From: a bacterium
GTDB lineage: Bacteria; Hinthialibacterota; Hinthialibacteria; Hinthialibacterales; Hinthialibacteraceae
Assembly: GCA_963662285.2 (NCBI GenBank)
Contig: CAXXMV010000002.1
Coordinates: 864,001-928,000, forward strand
Direction: 5' to 3'
DNA length: 64,000 bases
This document shows, in pieces, positions 26,111-35,998 of this stretch (positions are counted from its first letter, which is position 1; each line of letters begins with the position of its first letter). The notes beneath the pieces were generated by a model. It was given only the letters and a program-made list of their open reading frames with translations. It searched no databases and was not told the DNA's origin. The translations under genes were made by a program, and so were the position numbers.

Positions 26111-26410
26111 ATGAGTTCCCAAAAATTGAGCGGCATGGATTTCGAGCCTGATATAGCCATTGAACTAATTCCCATACTAATCCCTGGTTGTAAGGTCGTT
26201 TCAAGTGACGATGGCCACACAATATATATTCAATTAACCAACCAACCATTAGAACTTCATATTTATGGTAGGCTTCTCCTTATTAACGGCAAGTGCCGCA
26301 ATAAAGGGATCAAATTAGTCGTGCAATGTACAGATTTGGTAGCGCAGGAACTTGCTTCACATTGCATTGACCGCTTGATATTTGTTGAACCTATCGTTAA
26401 TACTGAATAA
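26111..26410 (+). CDS. Small protein, degenerate STAS/anti-sigma-antagonist-like
   Basis: GRLLLINGKCRNKGIKLVV...VAQEL...IDRLIFV pattern; weak similarity judged by eye. Confidence 0.4.
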   Translation: MSSQKLSGMDFEPDIAIELIPILIPGCKVVSSDDGHTIYIQLTNQPLELHIYGRLLLINGKCRNKGIKLVVQCTDLVAQELASHCIDRLIFVEPIVNTE

Positions 26411-26413
26411 GCA

Positions 26414-27097
26414 TTAAACCGCCCAAATCGCTGCGCCGTTAACCTGGTTGCCGTTTTGAGTGTCTACCACCATGTATTCCCAATGTTTGATGTCAAATCC
26501 CGCTTCTCCTAAAAGATCGACCAGTTCGCGCTCACTAAAATGATGGGCTTGAAATGATATTTCGCCGCTTTTATCTTTACCTATAAATGACCCGAATTCC
26601 CCGGTTTCCTTTTCACCATCAACATAACGTTGGTAATAAATCGGATTATGCCAGGTCTGCATAAATACCGCCAGATATAATCCACCGCCCGTCCGGATAA
26701 TCCTCCGCGCTTCGCGTAATGCTTTTAACCTGTCTTCAGGATTAGTCAGCGTTGTCAAAACCGCCATTATTAATCCCGCTTTGAACTCATTATCCCTGAA
26801 TTCTGTATCTAGCGCATCACGTTTATAAAAATGACATTCTTTATATTTATCATTGGTAGATTCTTCAAGTTTTTTACTGGCAAAGCGTATGCAGTGCTCG
26901 TTCTGATCAAATCCGGTGATTGGTCCATATCCCCGGTTGAGCAACTCAAAGCAGATGCGGCCTGCGCCACAACCAATATCTACTATCGGCTGCCCCCTGC
27001 GTACGTTCTTATAAAATATTGGTTGGGGGTATATGGTTCCGGGTACTGTCGTGCCTTTGAACTGATTCCAGTCTTTGTGAGTTTTGTTAGTCGGCAT
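26414..27097 (-). CDS. Class I SAM-dependent methyltransferase
   Basis: IVDIGCGAGR motif I; REARRIIRTGGGLYL. Confidence 0.85.
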   Translation of the reverse strand: MPTNKTHKDWNQFKGTTVPGTIYPQPIFYKNVRRGQPIVDIGCGAGRICFELLNRGYGPITGFDQNEHCIRFASKKLEESTNDKYKECHFYKRDALDTEFRDNEFKAGLIMAVLTTLTNPEDRLKALREARRIIRTGGGLYLAVFMQTWHNPIYYQRYVDGEKETGEFGSFIGKDKSGEISFQAHHFSERELVDLLGEAGFDIKHWEYMVVDTQNGNQVNGAAIWAV

Positions 27098-27302
27098 CTA
27101 GGTCGCTCGCTTGGTGAACTTTGCGTATGATATTACGTCTGTCTAAAAGTATTTGAAAAATAAAAATACGCTATTCCACTTTATAAACCCATCTGGGATT
27201 AAGTGGAAGATGGTTGAGCCGCTATCCTTTAAGTTTATCTGATTAAAACGATCCACTGGATTTCCCATTGTTAAACTTTATCATAGTATCCAGGTTCTAA
27301 TT

Positions 27303-28301
27303 ATGACAAAAGATACTATTCTCGAAATCAAAGACCTTCATACCCATTTTTTTACGGCTGAAGGCGTGGGACGCGCCGTTGACGGCGTCTCTTTTCACGT
27401 AAATCGCGGCGAAACGCTTGGTCTGGTCGGCGAATCCGGTTGCGGTAAGAGCGTCACTTCTCTCTCTATCCTGCGCCTGATCCCCAATCCGCCAGGACGC
27501 ATTGTCTCTGGAAATATCATTTTTAATCAGCAGGATTTGCTGCAACTCTCTGAAAAAGAGATGCGTTCCATTCGCGGCAATAAAATATCCATGATTTTTC
27601 AGGAACCAATGACGGCGCTCAATCCGGTCTTTACAGTCGGCGAGCAGATCGCTGAAGTGTTCCGCATCCACCGCAAAATGAAGCGCCGTGAGGCTTTCGA
27701 TTCAGCTGTGGAGATGATGGATAAGGTTCGTATAGCCGCTCCCCGCGCAAGAGCCAAAGAGTATCCCCATCAGTTATCAGGTGGAATGCGGCAGCGCATC
27801 ATGATCGCCATGGCGCTGGCTTGCGACCCTGACCTGCTAATTGCCGATGAACCGACTACAGCGTTAGATGTAACCGTCCAAGCGCAGATTCTGGCTTTAA
27901 TGGACGATCTTCAGCAACGCACCGGCGCGGCTATTTTGTTGATTACCCACGATTTAGGCGTGATAGCCGAAACCGCCGACCGGGTGGCGGTGATGTATGC
28001 CGGACAGGTGGTTGAACAAGCCCCGGTTAAACAAATATTCTCGGATCCCCTGCATCCCTATACCCGTGGATTGCTCCGGTCCATCCCCAGAACCACCCAT
28101 GCCGATCAAACCCGGCTCAATGTAATCCCTGGAACAGTTCCCAGTGCGGCTCATTATCCCTCAGGATGCAGATTCAATCCCCGCTGCAGCGAGCGTCTGG
28201 ATATCTGCGATAAGCAGGAATGTGCATCCGAAACAACCAATGATAATCGTGATATTCGTTGCTTCTTATATCAAAAAGAGGATGCGCCGCTGGTGGAGTG
28301 A
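27303..28301 (+). CDS. Oligopeptide/dipeptide ABC transporter ATP-binding protein (OppD/DppD type)
   Basis: [35 protein letters not shown]. Confidence 0.95.
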   Translation: MTKDTILEIKDLHTHFFTAEGVGRAVDGVSFHVNRGETLGLVGESGCGKSVTSLSILRLIPNPPGRIVSGNIIFNQQDLLQLSEKEMRSIRGNKISMIFQEPMTALNPVFTVGEQIAEVFRIHRKMKRREAFDSAVEMMDKVRIAAPRARAKEYPHQLSGGMRQRIMIAMALACDPDLLIADEPTTALDVTVQAQILALMDDLQQRTGAAILLITHDLGVIAETADRVAVMYAGQVVEQAPVKQIFSDPLHPYTRGLLRSIPRTTHADQTRLNVIPGTVPSAAHYPSGCRFNPRCSERLDICDKQECASETTNDNRDIRCFLYQKEDAPLVE

Positions 28302-28324
28302 GAGGGAACTTATTTATCAGCAGG

Positions 28325-29421
28325 TTAAGTCAATTGGTAACTGGTGCTGCGTCCCCCACTGGGATTTTGCTTCATAAACCCAAAGTTTATAAGTTCACGA
28401 ATATCCCGAAGGGCCGTATCCTGAGAACATTTAGCCAGTTTGGCGTATTTACTGCTTGTAAGATTCCCGGCAAATCCGTCCAGTAATCGGTTTATAATTA
28501 TTCGTTGCCGATCATTAATCTGATAACGATTCGCCCGCTCCCAAACGCGGGCTTTGTGAAGAACCGCTGCCAACGTTTCATCCGCACGGTCTATAGCTCG
28601 ACTAAGACAAGATAGAAACCACTCCAACCAGTAAGTAATATCCACGCTTCCTTTTTGAGATTTTTCGAGATGGATGTAGTAATCATAACGTTCTATCTCA
28701 ATCTGAGTCGACATACTATAAAAACGATCCTCGATCTTATCCGCCCGTGCCAGAGCCAGATCAGTAATTGCTCTGGCAATGCGGCCATTTCCATCTTCAA
28801 AGGGGTGAATGGTAACAAACCAGAGATGAGCAACTCCAGCCTTTAACACAGGATCAATAGAGGAAGGCGTATTGAACCACTCCAAAAAAGTTCGCATTTC
28901 ATGATCAAGACGACTGGCTGCCGGAGCCTCAAAATGCACTTTTTCATGGCCCAGATTACCTGATACCACCTGCATAGGATCTGCTTCTGCCGGTCGCCAC
29001 GCACCAACGGTAATCTTGCGTATTCTGCTATAACCAGTAGGAAACAATGCGCTATGCCAGCCAAAAAGGCGTTCTTCGCTCAAGGCGTCGCCATAACATT
29101 TTGTTGCATTCAGCATCATCTCAACAATGCCGTCCACATGGCGATCCACTGGAGTGAAGCCGCCAATATCAAGGTTAAGTTTTCGAGCAATGGAAGAACG
29201 CACTTGTTTATAATCAAGGGTTTCACCTTCAATGGCACTGGACTTTATAATATCGAAAGTGAGAGTTTCAAGACTGGCTTCAGCGCGTAGCGAAAATCCA
29301 AGAGCGCCCATACGGCCTATAAGCAATCCTTGTCGGTACCTTATATCTGCAACCTGAGATGACAACGTATCCATGTCCCATACAGGATCGGCCAACTGGC
29401 ATGTTCGTGGATATACCGCAT
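28325..29421 (-). pseudogene. Fic family protein (DUF4172-type N-terminus, C-terminal HTH) with a one-base frameshift near the start
   Basis: HPFEDGNGRIAR motif; natural start MRYIHEHASWP at 29421 is out of frame with the main ORF (DPVWD...) at about 29390. Confidence 0.75.
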
Positions 29422-29473
29422 GATTTATGCCTTTTTGATAAAATTATACCTGAAGTTCTTCACAATTGCAATT

Positions 29474-29498
29474 AATCTCCGCAAATTTTGCGTAGATT
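29474..29498. promoter_or_regulatory. Inverted repeat upstream of fic (candidate autoregulatory operator)
   Basis: AATCTCCGCAA-ATT-TTGCGTAGATT. Confidence 0.4.
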
Positions 29499-29509
29499 AT
29501 GGTGGTTAT

Positions 29510-30523
29510 TCACCGCAAAGGGAAAAGACTAATAAATTCCTGGATTATCGGAGATTTTCGATCAAAAAATCGCGTGATATCTGATGCAGATACTTGGTTG
29601 TTTATCAGATAAACCTTATCTAAGGCGTTATGTGCGCCAGAGATGATTTGAATAGAAGCCACATTGTTTGCGCAACGGATGTTATCGCCGCTAAGCAAAT
29701 CCAGTACAAATTGATCGGGCGCCAAAGCGAAGATGTTGTTGGTAATAGTGATATCATTCACGTCGCGAGTCATTGCCGCGCTGCGTCCCAGTTTTATTGC
29801 GGAAGCATTTTGGCCTACAAAGAGGTTGTTATCAATATTGATCTTCCAGGCGTAATCTTGGATGGCCATTAGTGGTTTTGGTTGGTCATGCTTGGGCTGA
29901 TGCAGAACATTACGCCTCAGAGTGATATCATGCACCCGTTCGTTTAGTTCTACTAATTCATCCATAGCGGAATGGATAATATTCTCTTCCAGCAGAATAT
30001 CATGCGCATCACGGTGAATCTTCACTGCATCGGCGTTGCGGTATCCAGAGCAGCCATGGGTAATGATGCAGTTGCGTACTGTGATATCTGAACATCCTCC
30101 CAGTATATGTAAGGCATTGGATGGAGCTGGGTTGCTTCGGTTGTTTATCACAAATCCATCAAATATTATATTTTTAACGCCATTTAATAATACCGCCCCA
30201 TGTCCTGAAGCGGCGGAGATTATCGCGCTATGAGTTTTGGCCGCGCGAATCAACACTGGCTTTTGGAAACGTTGGGTTATTCTGATGTTTGGATAGCATC
30301 CTGAAGCCGCCTGTATTATCATCCCGCCAGATTCGGGTAGGCGCGACAATGCGTAACCTATGCTGCGCCAATGGTTTGAGATGCCATCAGATTCAATCGC
30401 ATCGATTCCACCGGGTGATACGAAATAGGTCTCATCAGCGTTAGATGGATATGGCAATATCAAATAGAAGCCCCATAACAGCGCTATCGGCATAAATATA
30501 TTTATCAATAATTTTCTTTTCAT
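29510..30523 (-). CDS. Secreted right-handed beta-helix (pectin lyase-like) protein
   Basis: Signal peptide; YFVSPGG..W.SI.YAL start; repeated I/V-x-I-x-N-N strands. Confidence 0.75.
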   Translation of the reverse strand: MKRKLLINIFMPIALLWGFYLILPYPSNADETYFVSPGGIDAIESDGISNHWRSIGYALSRLPESGGMIIQAASGCYPNIRITQRFQKPVLIRAAKTHSAIISAASGHGAVLLNGVKNIIFDGFVINNRSNPAPSNALHILGGCSDITVRNCIITHGCSGYRNADAVKIHRDAHDILLEENIIHSAMDELVELNERVHDITLRRNVLHQPKHDQPKPLMAIQDYAWKINIDNNLFVGQNASAIKLGRSAAMTRDVNDITITNNIFALAPDQFVLDLLSGDNIRCANNVASIQIISGAHNALDKVYLINNQVSASDITRFFDRKSPIIQEFISLFPLR

Positions 30524-30648
30524 GATGGTTCGGAATATAACCGCATCATTGATTTTCCCGAAGATGGAGCCGAAGATATTGACCGATTTTATAAAATGGA
30601 TAGAATTATCTCTCTCTGAAAGAATTTTGTGAAACAGGAAAAAATATC

Positions 30649-30849
30649 ATGAAAACTGGCATTCATCCAAATTATTATCTAGCGACAGTAAAATGCGCGT
30701 GTGGAAATACTTATGAAACCGGCTCAACTGCTGAGAAAATACACGTGGATATCTGCTCCGCTTGTCATCCATTCTTCACTGGTAAGCAAAAATTGGTCGA
30801 TACAGCCGGACGTATTGAGCGCTTCAAGAAAAAGTATGGTATGAAATAA
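30649..30849 (+). CDS. rpmE: 50S ribosomal protein L31 (Zn-binding form)
   Basis: [37 protein letters not shown]. Confidence 0.97.
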   Translation: MKTGIHPNYYLATVKCACGNTYETGSTAEKIHVDICSACHPFFTGKQKLVDTAGRIERFKKKYGMK

Positions 30850-30876
30850 CAAACTCTTATCAACTTATTGTTTACT

Positions 30877-30910
30877 AAAAGGAACGTGAATCAAAGCGTT
30901 CCTTTTGTTT
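30877..30910 (+). terminator. Intrinsic terminator after rpmE
   Basis: AAAAGGAACG...CGTTCCTTTT followed by a T-rich tail. Confidence 0.7.
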
Positions 30911-31137
30911 GTTTTAAGTATCCCCCAATTTTATTCATCGCAACGTCTTTCCCCCTCACCAATTTCGGGTAACAAAGTCCCCTCTACCCTTGGGTGAAGA
31001 TGTAATAATAACACGGATATGAACGTTATAATACAAAACATCCTAATCATATTAGACTTATAACGCTTGACCGTGTTACACTCATCCATAGCTATTCATG
31101 CTGGATCCGGTACTTATATAAAAGGGGGAGTATTCGA

Positions 31138-32481
31138 ATGCCAGATCATGTCGATGAAAAGCAGAAAATCCTCGAACAACGATCCATAAAAAGGTGGATT
31201 CCATCAAGACGCACTGTAAAACGGGCTGGATTAGTAATGCTGGCTGTGTTAATTCTAGGATATATCGGTCTTCATATTTGGCTGGAAATATGGTTTGCCG
31301 GAAAAATTGAACGACATTATGGAAAAGAATGTGCTGATTTTTTGAGTACTTTCATGGAAACCACTATTGATATTCCCAAAGAATGGTTGCAAGAGCCATC
31401 CTTTGTGTATTCACCTGATCAATATCAAGACTTTAATCAATCGTGGGAAGCATTTAATAAAGCAAACCATTCATTAGCATCAAAATTCGGTAAATGGGAT
31501 GAACTGCTGAGATCTTCAGGTGGTATCACGAATAATGAATGGCAGGAACTGGGCGGCGACCTCAAAAAAGCCGAACAGTTTTTACTTGCTGGCTCAAAAT
31601 TAAGCCGGGAACTTGAAAATCAGGTTGCCTCATTGAAACTTGATGAGCGGTTTAGAATTCTGCCATCCAATAATTGGACTTATCATAATTATTGTCAGAT
31701 ATCTAGAATCAAAGCTGCTTATCTGATTTATACCAATAAGATCGAAGATGGAGTCGATCTGCTGATTCATACGATGCCCTTTTCAATTTTTGATCCAATT
31801 GTTGATTTCAATAGTTACCAATCAAGAAAATGGTACTTACAGCAAACAGTATCCCAGGCTCATTCCCAAATTAGATATATCGCTAGTAAACAGCATTTAC
31901 GCGGCTGGCTAGATAAACTGAATGAATTGCATCCATTCCTCTTCCGGCGTAATTATGAGAAGGCGCCTATTTACAGTCTTTTAGCGCAAATGAGAGGGGA
32001 GATGACAAATGGCCATAAACTCGATCTAACATCAGGCAAAAAAGGTGAGTTTTATATCAGGCAACTTGCGGAACTGCGATTCCCCGAATCGGGTTGGGAA
32101 GAGATGAAAAAAGGTATGGATAAAATCCTGCAAGTCTATTTATCCGGCCAACAAATACGGGGTTATAGACAAGATGCAACTATGGTCATGAATCTTTTTG
32201 GGCCAATTACTTTTTCATCTAAATTAGATCAGTATCGCCTGCTAAGCAGCGTTTATCTGATCAATCCAACAGATAATATGCAAGATGAACGAAACCATGA
32301 AAGCCAGTTTAATGAATTGCGGCTTGCAATCGCCGGGCGGTTGTATTTACTGGAGAACAATGAGTATCCGCAATCTACTATTCAACTTATTCCTAAGTAT
32401 ATACCCGGTGAGATCAAAGATATCACCACTGGCCGCTCATACACTTGGGATAAAAATGGCAATCTGAAAACTACAAGATAA
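31138..32481 (+). CDS. Membrane-anchored hypothetical protein, tandem paralog 1 (GspG-like C-terminal motif)
   Basis: 447 aa, one N-terminal TM segment, ends RLAIAGRLYLLENNEYPQS...IPKYIP..IKD..TGRSYTW. Confidence 0.75.
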   Translation: MPDHVDEKQKILEQRSIKRWIPSRRTVKRAGLVMLAVLILGYIGLHIWLEIWFAGKIERHYGKECADFLSTFMETTIDIPKEWLQEPSFVYSPDQYQDFNQSWEAFNKANHSLASKFGKWDELLRSSGGITNNEWQELGGDLKKAEQFLLAGSKLSRELENQVASLKLDERFRILPSNNWTYHNYCQISRIKAAYLIYTNKIEDGVDLLIHTMPFSIFDPIVDFNSYQSRKWYLQQTVSQAHSQIRYIASKQHLRGWLDKLNELHPFLFRRNYEKAPIYSLLAQMRGEMTNGHKLDLTSGKKGEFYIRQLAELRFPESGWEEMKKGMDKILQVYLSGQQIRGYRQDATMVMNLFGPITFSSKLDQYRLLSSVYLINPTDNMQDERNHESQFNELRLAIAGRLYLLENNEYPQSTIQLIPKYIPGEIKDITTGRSYTWDKNGNLKTTR

Positions 32482-32518
32482 GCATGGATTTTGTAATAAA
32501 TATGAGAGGGAATTTTTA

Positions 32519-33862
32519 ATGCCGGATAAAATCGATGAAATACAGAAAATCCTCGAACAACGATCATTAAAAAGATTCATCCCATCAAAACGCATTGTAA
32601 AATGGTCAGCATTAGTTTTTCTGATTTTGTTAACTATAGGTTATATCGGTCTGCATATTTGGCTTGATATTTGGTTTGAAGGGAAAATTCAACGCTATCA
32701 TGGCAAGGATTATGTTAAGTATGCAAGAACTTTCATGGAAAGCACTATTGATTTCCCTGAAAAATGGTTGCATGAGCCAGACCAATATTATCTGACTGAT
32801 CAATATCGAGATTTAAATGAATCGTGGGAAGCATTCAATAAAGAACATAAATCATTTGCAATTAAGTTTCCTAAATGGGAAGAACTGCTTAATTCTCCTG
32901 GAGGTCTTACTCAGGATGAATGGAAGGAACTGGGCGGTGATTTACAAAAAGCCGGGAAATTCTTGCATAGGGGCTTAAAAGTAAGCCGGGAAATCGATCA
33001 TCAAATTGCCGTATTGAAACCTGAAGACCGGTTTGAAATAGATTCATCCAATCACTGGATTTGCCAATATTATTGTCAGATTGCAAAAGTCAATGCGGCT
33101 TATCTGATAAATTCGAATAAGATCGAAGAAGGAGTGGATTATTTGGTTAGTACGCTGCCTTTTGCCGTTTTTAATCCAGTTCTAAATTACAATAATTCCA
33201 ATACAAGAAAATGGTTGCTGCAACAAATAGTACCTCAATCGTATTCTCATATTAAGAGTATAAAAAGTAAAAAATATTTGCGGGACTGGCTGGATACGCT
33301 CAATCATTTGCATCCATTCATTTTCACGGATGATTATAAAAATGCTCCTACATACGCCCTTATATCAGAAATGAATGTGGAGAAAGGAAAAGGCCATAAA
33401 CTCGATATGGCGCCAGGTAGAAAAGGCTCGTTTTACATGCGGCAGATTTTTGATCGAAGATTCCCGGTATCAGGTTGGGGAGGTATGAAAAAAGGGGTGG
33501 ATCAGATTCTTCAGATTTATTTATCTGACCAAAAACAATTTTCCAATGATGACAAGTTGGGTATAGTTCTAGGACTTTTTAGGTCCATTACTTTTTCTTC
33601 AAGATTAGAACTTTTTTGTCAACTATTTACCGTGCGTCTTGAGAATCCAGCAGATATTATACCGGATGAACTAAACCTCGAAAACAAATATAATGAACTA
33701 CGGCTTGCAATCGCCGGGCGGTTGTATTTCCTGGAGAACAATGAATATCCGCAATCTACTGCTATGCTTATTCCCAGGTACTTGCCCAATGACATCAAAG
33801 ATCTAGTCACGGGCCGCTCTTACACCTGGGATGAAAAAGGCAATCTGAAAACTATAAGATAA
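32519..33862 (+). CDS. Membrane-anchored hypothetical protein, tandem paralog 2
   Basis: 447 aa, colinear with 31138-32481. Confidence 0.75.
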   Translation: MPDKIDEIQKILEQRSLKRFIPSKRIVKWSALVFLILLTIGYIGLHIWLDIWFEGKIQRYHGKDYVKYARTFMESTIDFPEKWLHEPDQYYLTDQYRDLNESWEAFNKEHKSFAIKFPKWEELLNSPGGLTQDEWKELGGDLQKAGKFLHRGLKVSREIDHQIAVLKPEDRFEIDSSNHWICQYYCQIAKVNAAYLINSNKIEEGVDYLVSTLPFAVFNPVLNYNNSNTRKWLLQQIVPQSYSHIKSIKSKKYLRDWLDTLNHLHPFIFTDDYKNAPTYALISEMNVEKGKGHKLDMAPGRKGSFYMRQIFDRRFPVSGWGGMKKGVDQILQIYLSDQKQFSNDDKLGIVLGLFRSITFSSRLELFCQLFTVRLENPADIIPDELNLENKYNELRLAIAGRLYFLENNEYPQSTAMLIPRYLPNDIKDLVTGRSYTWDEKGNLKTIR

Positions 33863-33878
33863 GCATGGATCTATACTT

Positions 33879-35765
33879 ATGAGCCACATGAATTGGCGCC
33901 GTTTGACGGATCACCACCGTAAAAGATTGGACGCCCATATAGCCTTATTGCAACAACACCGGCCAGCCTTGCTAAAAGCGCTGGGGAATGTGCATGACTG
34001 CGCCCACAACCTGGAAATTATTGAAGAGGAAAACAACCTCATCGCGCTCAGGTCGAATACTAACGACGGCATGAATACCCTGCTTACCCAGAATCAAGGT
34101 TCAACCCTGTTGCAGCAGCAACGTAGCGCTATTACCGCAAATTTTGAACGCGGCGCCCGTTTAATTGTTTTAAGCGGTATAGGCGTAGGGCATTCCCTGT
34201 TATTCGGCAACCAACTGCTGGAGCAATATCCTTCCGCAGGACTGCTTGTGTGGGAGCCGAACCGTTACGCCTGGGTGGCGTATTTATCCATGTTCGACGC
34301 GCGGCCAGTGATCGAAAAAACCGAGAGCATTTTTCTATACTCCTGTGATGCCATTGATGGGGGAATCTCCAGTTTTATTGAAGAACGCAGGCTTTTCCTA
34401 TTTCCACCGGAGAAGACCTCATACCTGCTCGGCGCTTTGCCCATTGCTCCTGCAATAACCGAGCAATATATTCAACGCGCCAAACAACTGGCGAAATTTA
34501 TTACCGATAAAAATAGCGGTTTCGCTCCGACATTCGTCAATTTTCTGGATAATATCAAAAAACCTTTGGCCGATGCTCCCCGGTCAGTCTGGAGTTGCGT
34601 TCAGCGGGACGCCTATATTCACTTCCCCATTGCGCAGGCGTTTCTCGATGGTTTCAAGCAACTGGGCATGGAAACTCACCTTGAACCATTTGATTCTACT
34701 TTCGGGCGACCGTTTGAAGCCTTGGGCAGGATGTTTGAAATGCAGCCTGATATGTTCTTTTCGATTAACCTATGGCCTGGCGCCCTGCTGGCTGACTTAG
34801 GTATGGCCAAACAGCATGTCGAATCTATGCAATTGCCGCGTGTCTGCTGGATGGTGGACGATACTCTGCTCTTAGCGGATGAAGGGCCTGTAACTCAACT
34901 GGATCAAAATGACTTAGTTTTGTACTGCGACCGCAGTTACGCTCCGCGTTTGCAGGCGCTGAACTGTAAATCCACCTTTTTACTCCATGCTACTATTTTT
35001 CAAGAATCCGGGCGAAAACGTGAAGCATTGGCGGCGGATATATCCTATGTAGGCTCATTGCCCAATGTTTATTATCTACTGGATGCCATGCCGGACGCAT
35101 GTCGGGAGATGCTGGGAAGAATCGAGTCCATCCGTAATACTGATTATTCGATAACATTCCATAGTATTCTTAAGTCGTTTGATCCTAATGCCAGCCAATT
35201 GAATATCATTTCAACGGCGGCGACCAATTATTGTAAAATATCTGGAAAAGACCTACCCGGCGCCAGTTATGAATTGGAATATTTTCTATATGCAGTTGTT
35301 ACTTATTTTAAGCGCCTGGGAACAATCGAAGCATTATTACCGCTAGGTTTGAAAGTTTTTGGGCCTCCGGCATGGAAAGATGTGCTTTCGCTGGAATATC
35401 GCAATCGCTATGGTGGTTTTATTAGTAATTCGGATTTAGCGGATTGTTATGCGTCATCCAAAATTTGTTTAAATATTCACAGTCACCAATGTCCTACTTG
35501 TCTTAATCCACGGGATTTCGATGTGCCTATGGCGGGCGGCGTGGTTCTGGGTGATTGGGTGGAAGATGCAGATTGGGGATTTATGCAGCCTGGCAAGGAT
35601 ATTCTGGTTTATCATTCAATTGCTGAGGCGGCTGATATGGTTCAACAATATCTACATGATCCGGATGCGCTGGCCGCTATTCAGCAGCAGGGACAACAGC
35701 GCGTCATGCAAGAACACACGTACAAACACCGGGCTGAAACAGTTCTTGCTCAATTGAATTGTTAA
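33879..35765 (+). CDS. CgeB-like (Glyco_trans_1_2) glycosyltransferase with a Maf-like N-terminal region
   Basis: SGIGVGH..LVWEP N-terminal block; DISYVGS; YASSKICLNIH..NPRDFDVPMAGG; EHTYKHR. Confidence 0.8.
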   Translation: MSHMNWRRLTDHHRKRLDAHIALLQQHRPALLKALGNVHDCAHNLEIIEEENNLIALRSNTNDGMNTLLTQNQGSTLLQQQRSAITANFERGARLIVLSGIGVGHSLLFGNQLLEQYPSAGLLVWEPNRYAWVAYLSMFDARPVIEKTESIFLYSCDAIDGGISSFIEERRLFLFPPEKTSYLLGALPIAPAITEQYIQRAKQLAKFITDKNSGFAPTFVNFLDNIKKPLADAPRSVWSCVQRDAYIHFPIAQAFLDGFKQLGMETHLEPFDSTFGRPFEALGRMFEMQPDMFFSINLWPGALLADLGMAKQHVESMQLPRVCWMVDDTLLLADEGPVTQLDQNDLVLYCDRSYAPRLQALNCKSTFLLHATIFQESGRKREALAADISYVGSLPNVYYLLDAMPDACREMLGRIESIRNTDYSITFHSILKSFDPNASQLNIISTAATNYCKISGKDLPGASYELEYFLYAVVTYFKRLGTIEALLPLGLKVFGPPAWKDVLSLEYRNRYGGFISNSDLADCYASSKICLNIHSHQCPTCLNPRDFDVPMAGGVVLGDWVEDADWGFMQPGKDILVYHSIAEAADMVQQYLHDPDALAAIQQQGQQRVMQEHTYKHRAETVLAQLNC

Positions 35766-35998
35766 ATAATAACCATGTGCGTATTATTAATTATCTAAAA
35801 GTAATATTAATTTATCTTTGAATGAATTGACATTTTCCAGAATATCCCATTGACCAATAACAAAAACTTTATAGAATTGTACATATTAAATAAGAATTGA
35901 ATATTTTTTTCCTCGTAACATTAATTCGCACCCCCGAGGAGGAGTCGCTTCCCCCCAACGCCGAACCGGCGGCTCCTCCTCTCCCAATACACTTTCTG

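Noticed and set aside
31138-33862. Diversity-generating retroelement TR/VR pair
   Set aside because: No reverse transcriptase in the window and the differences are not adenine-specific; ordinary tandem duplication
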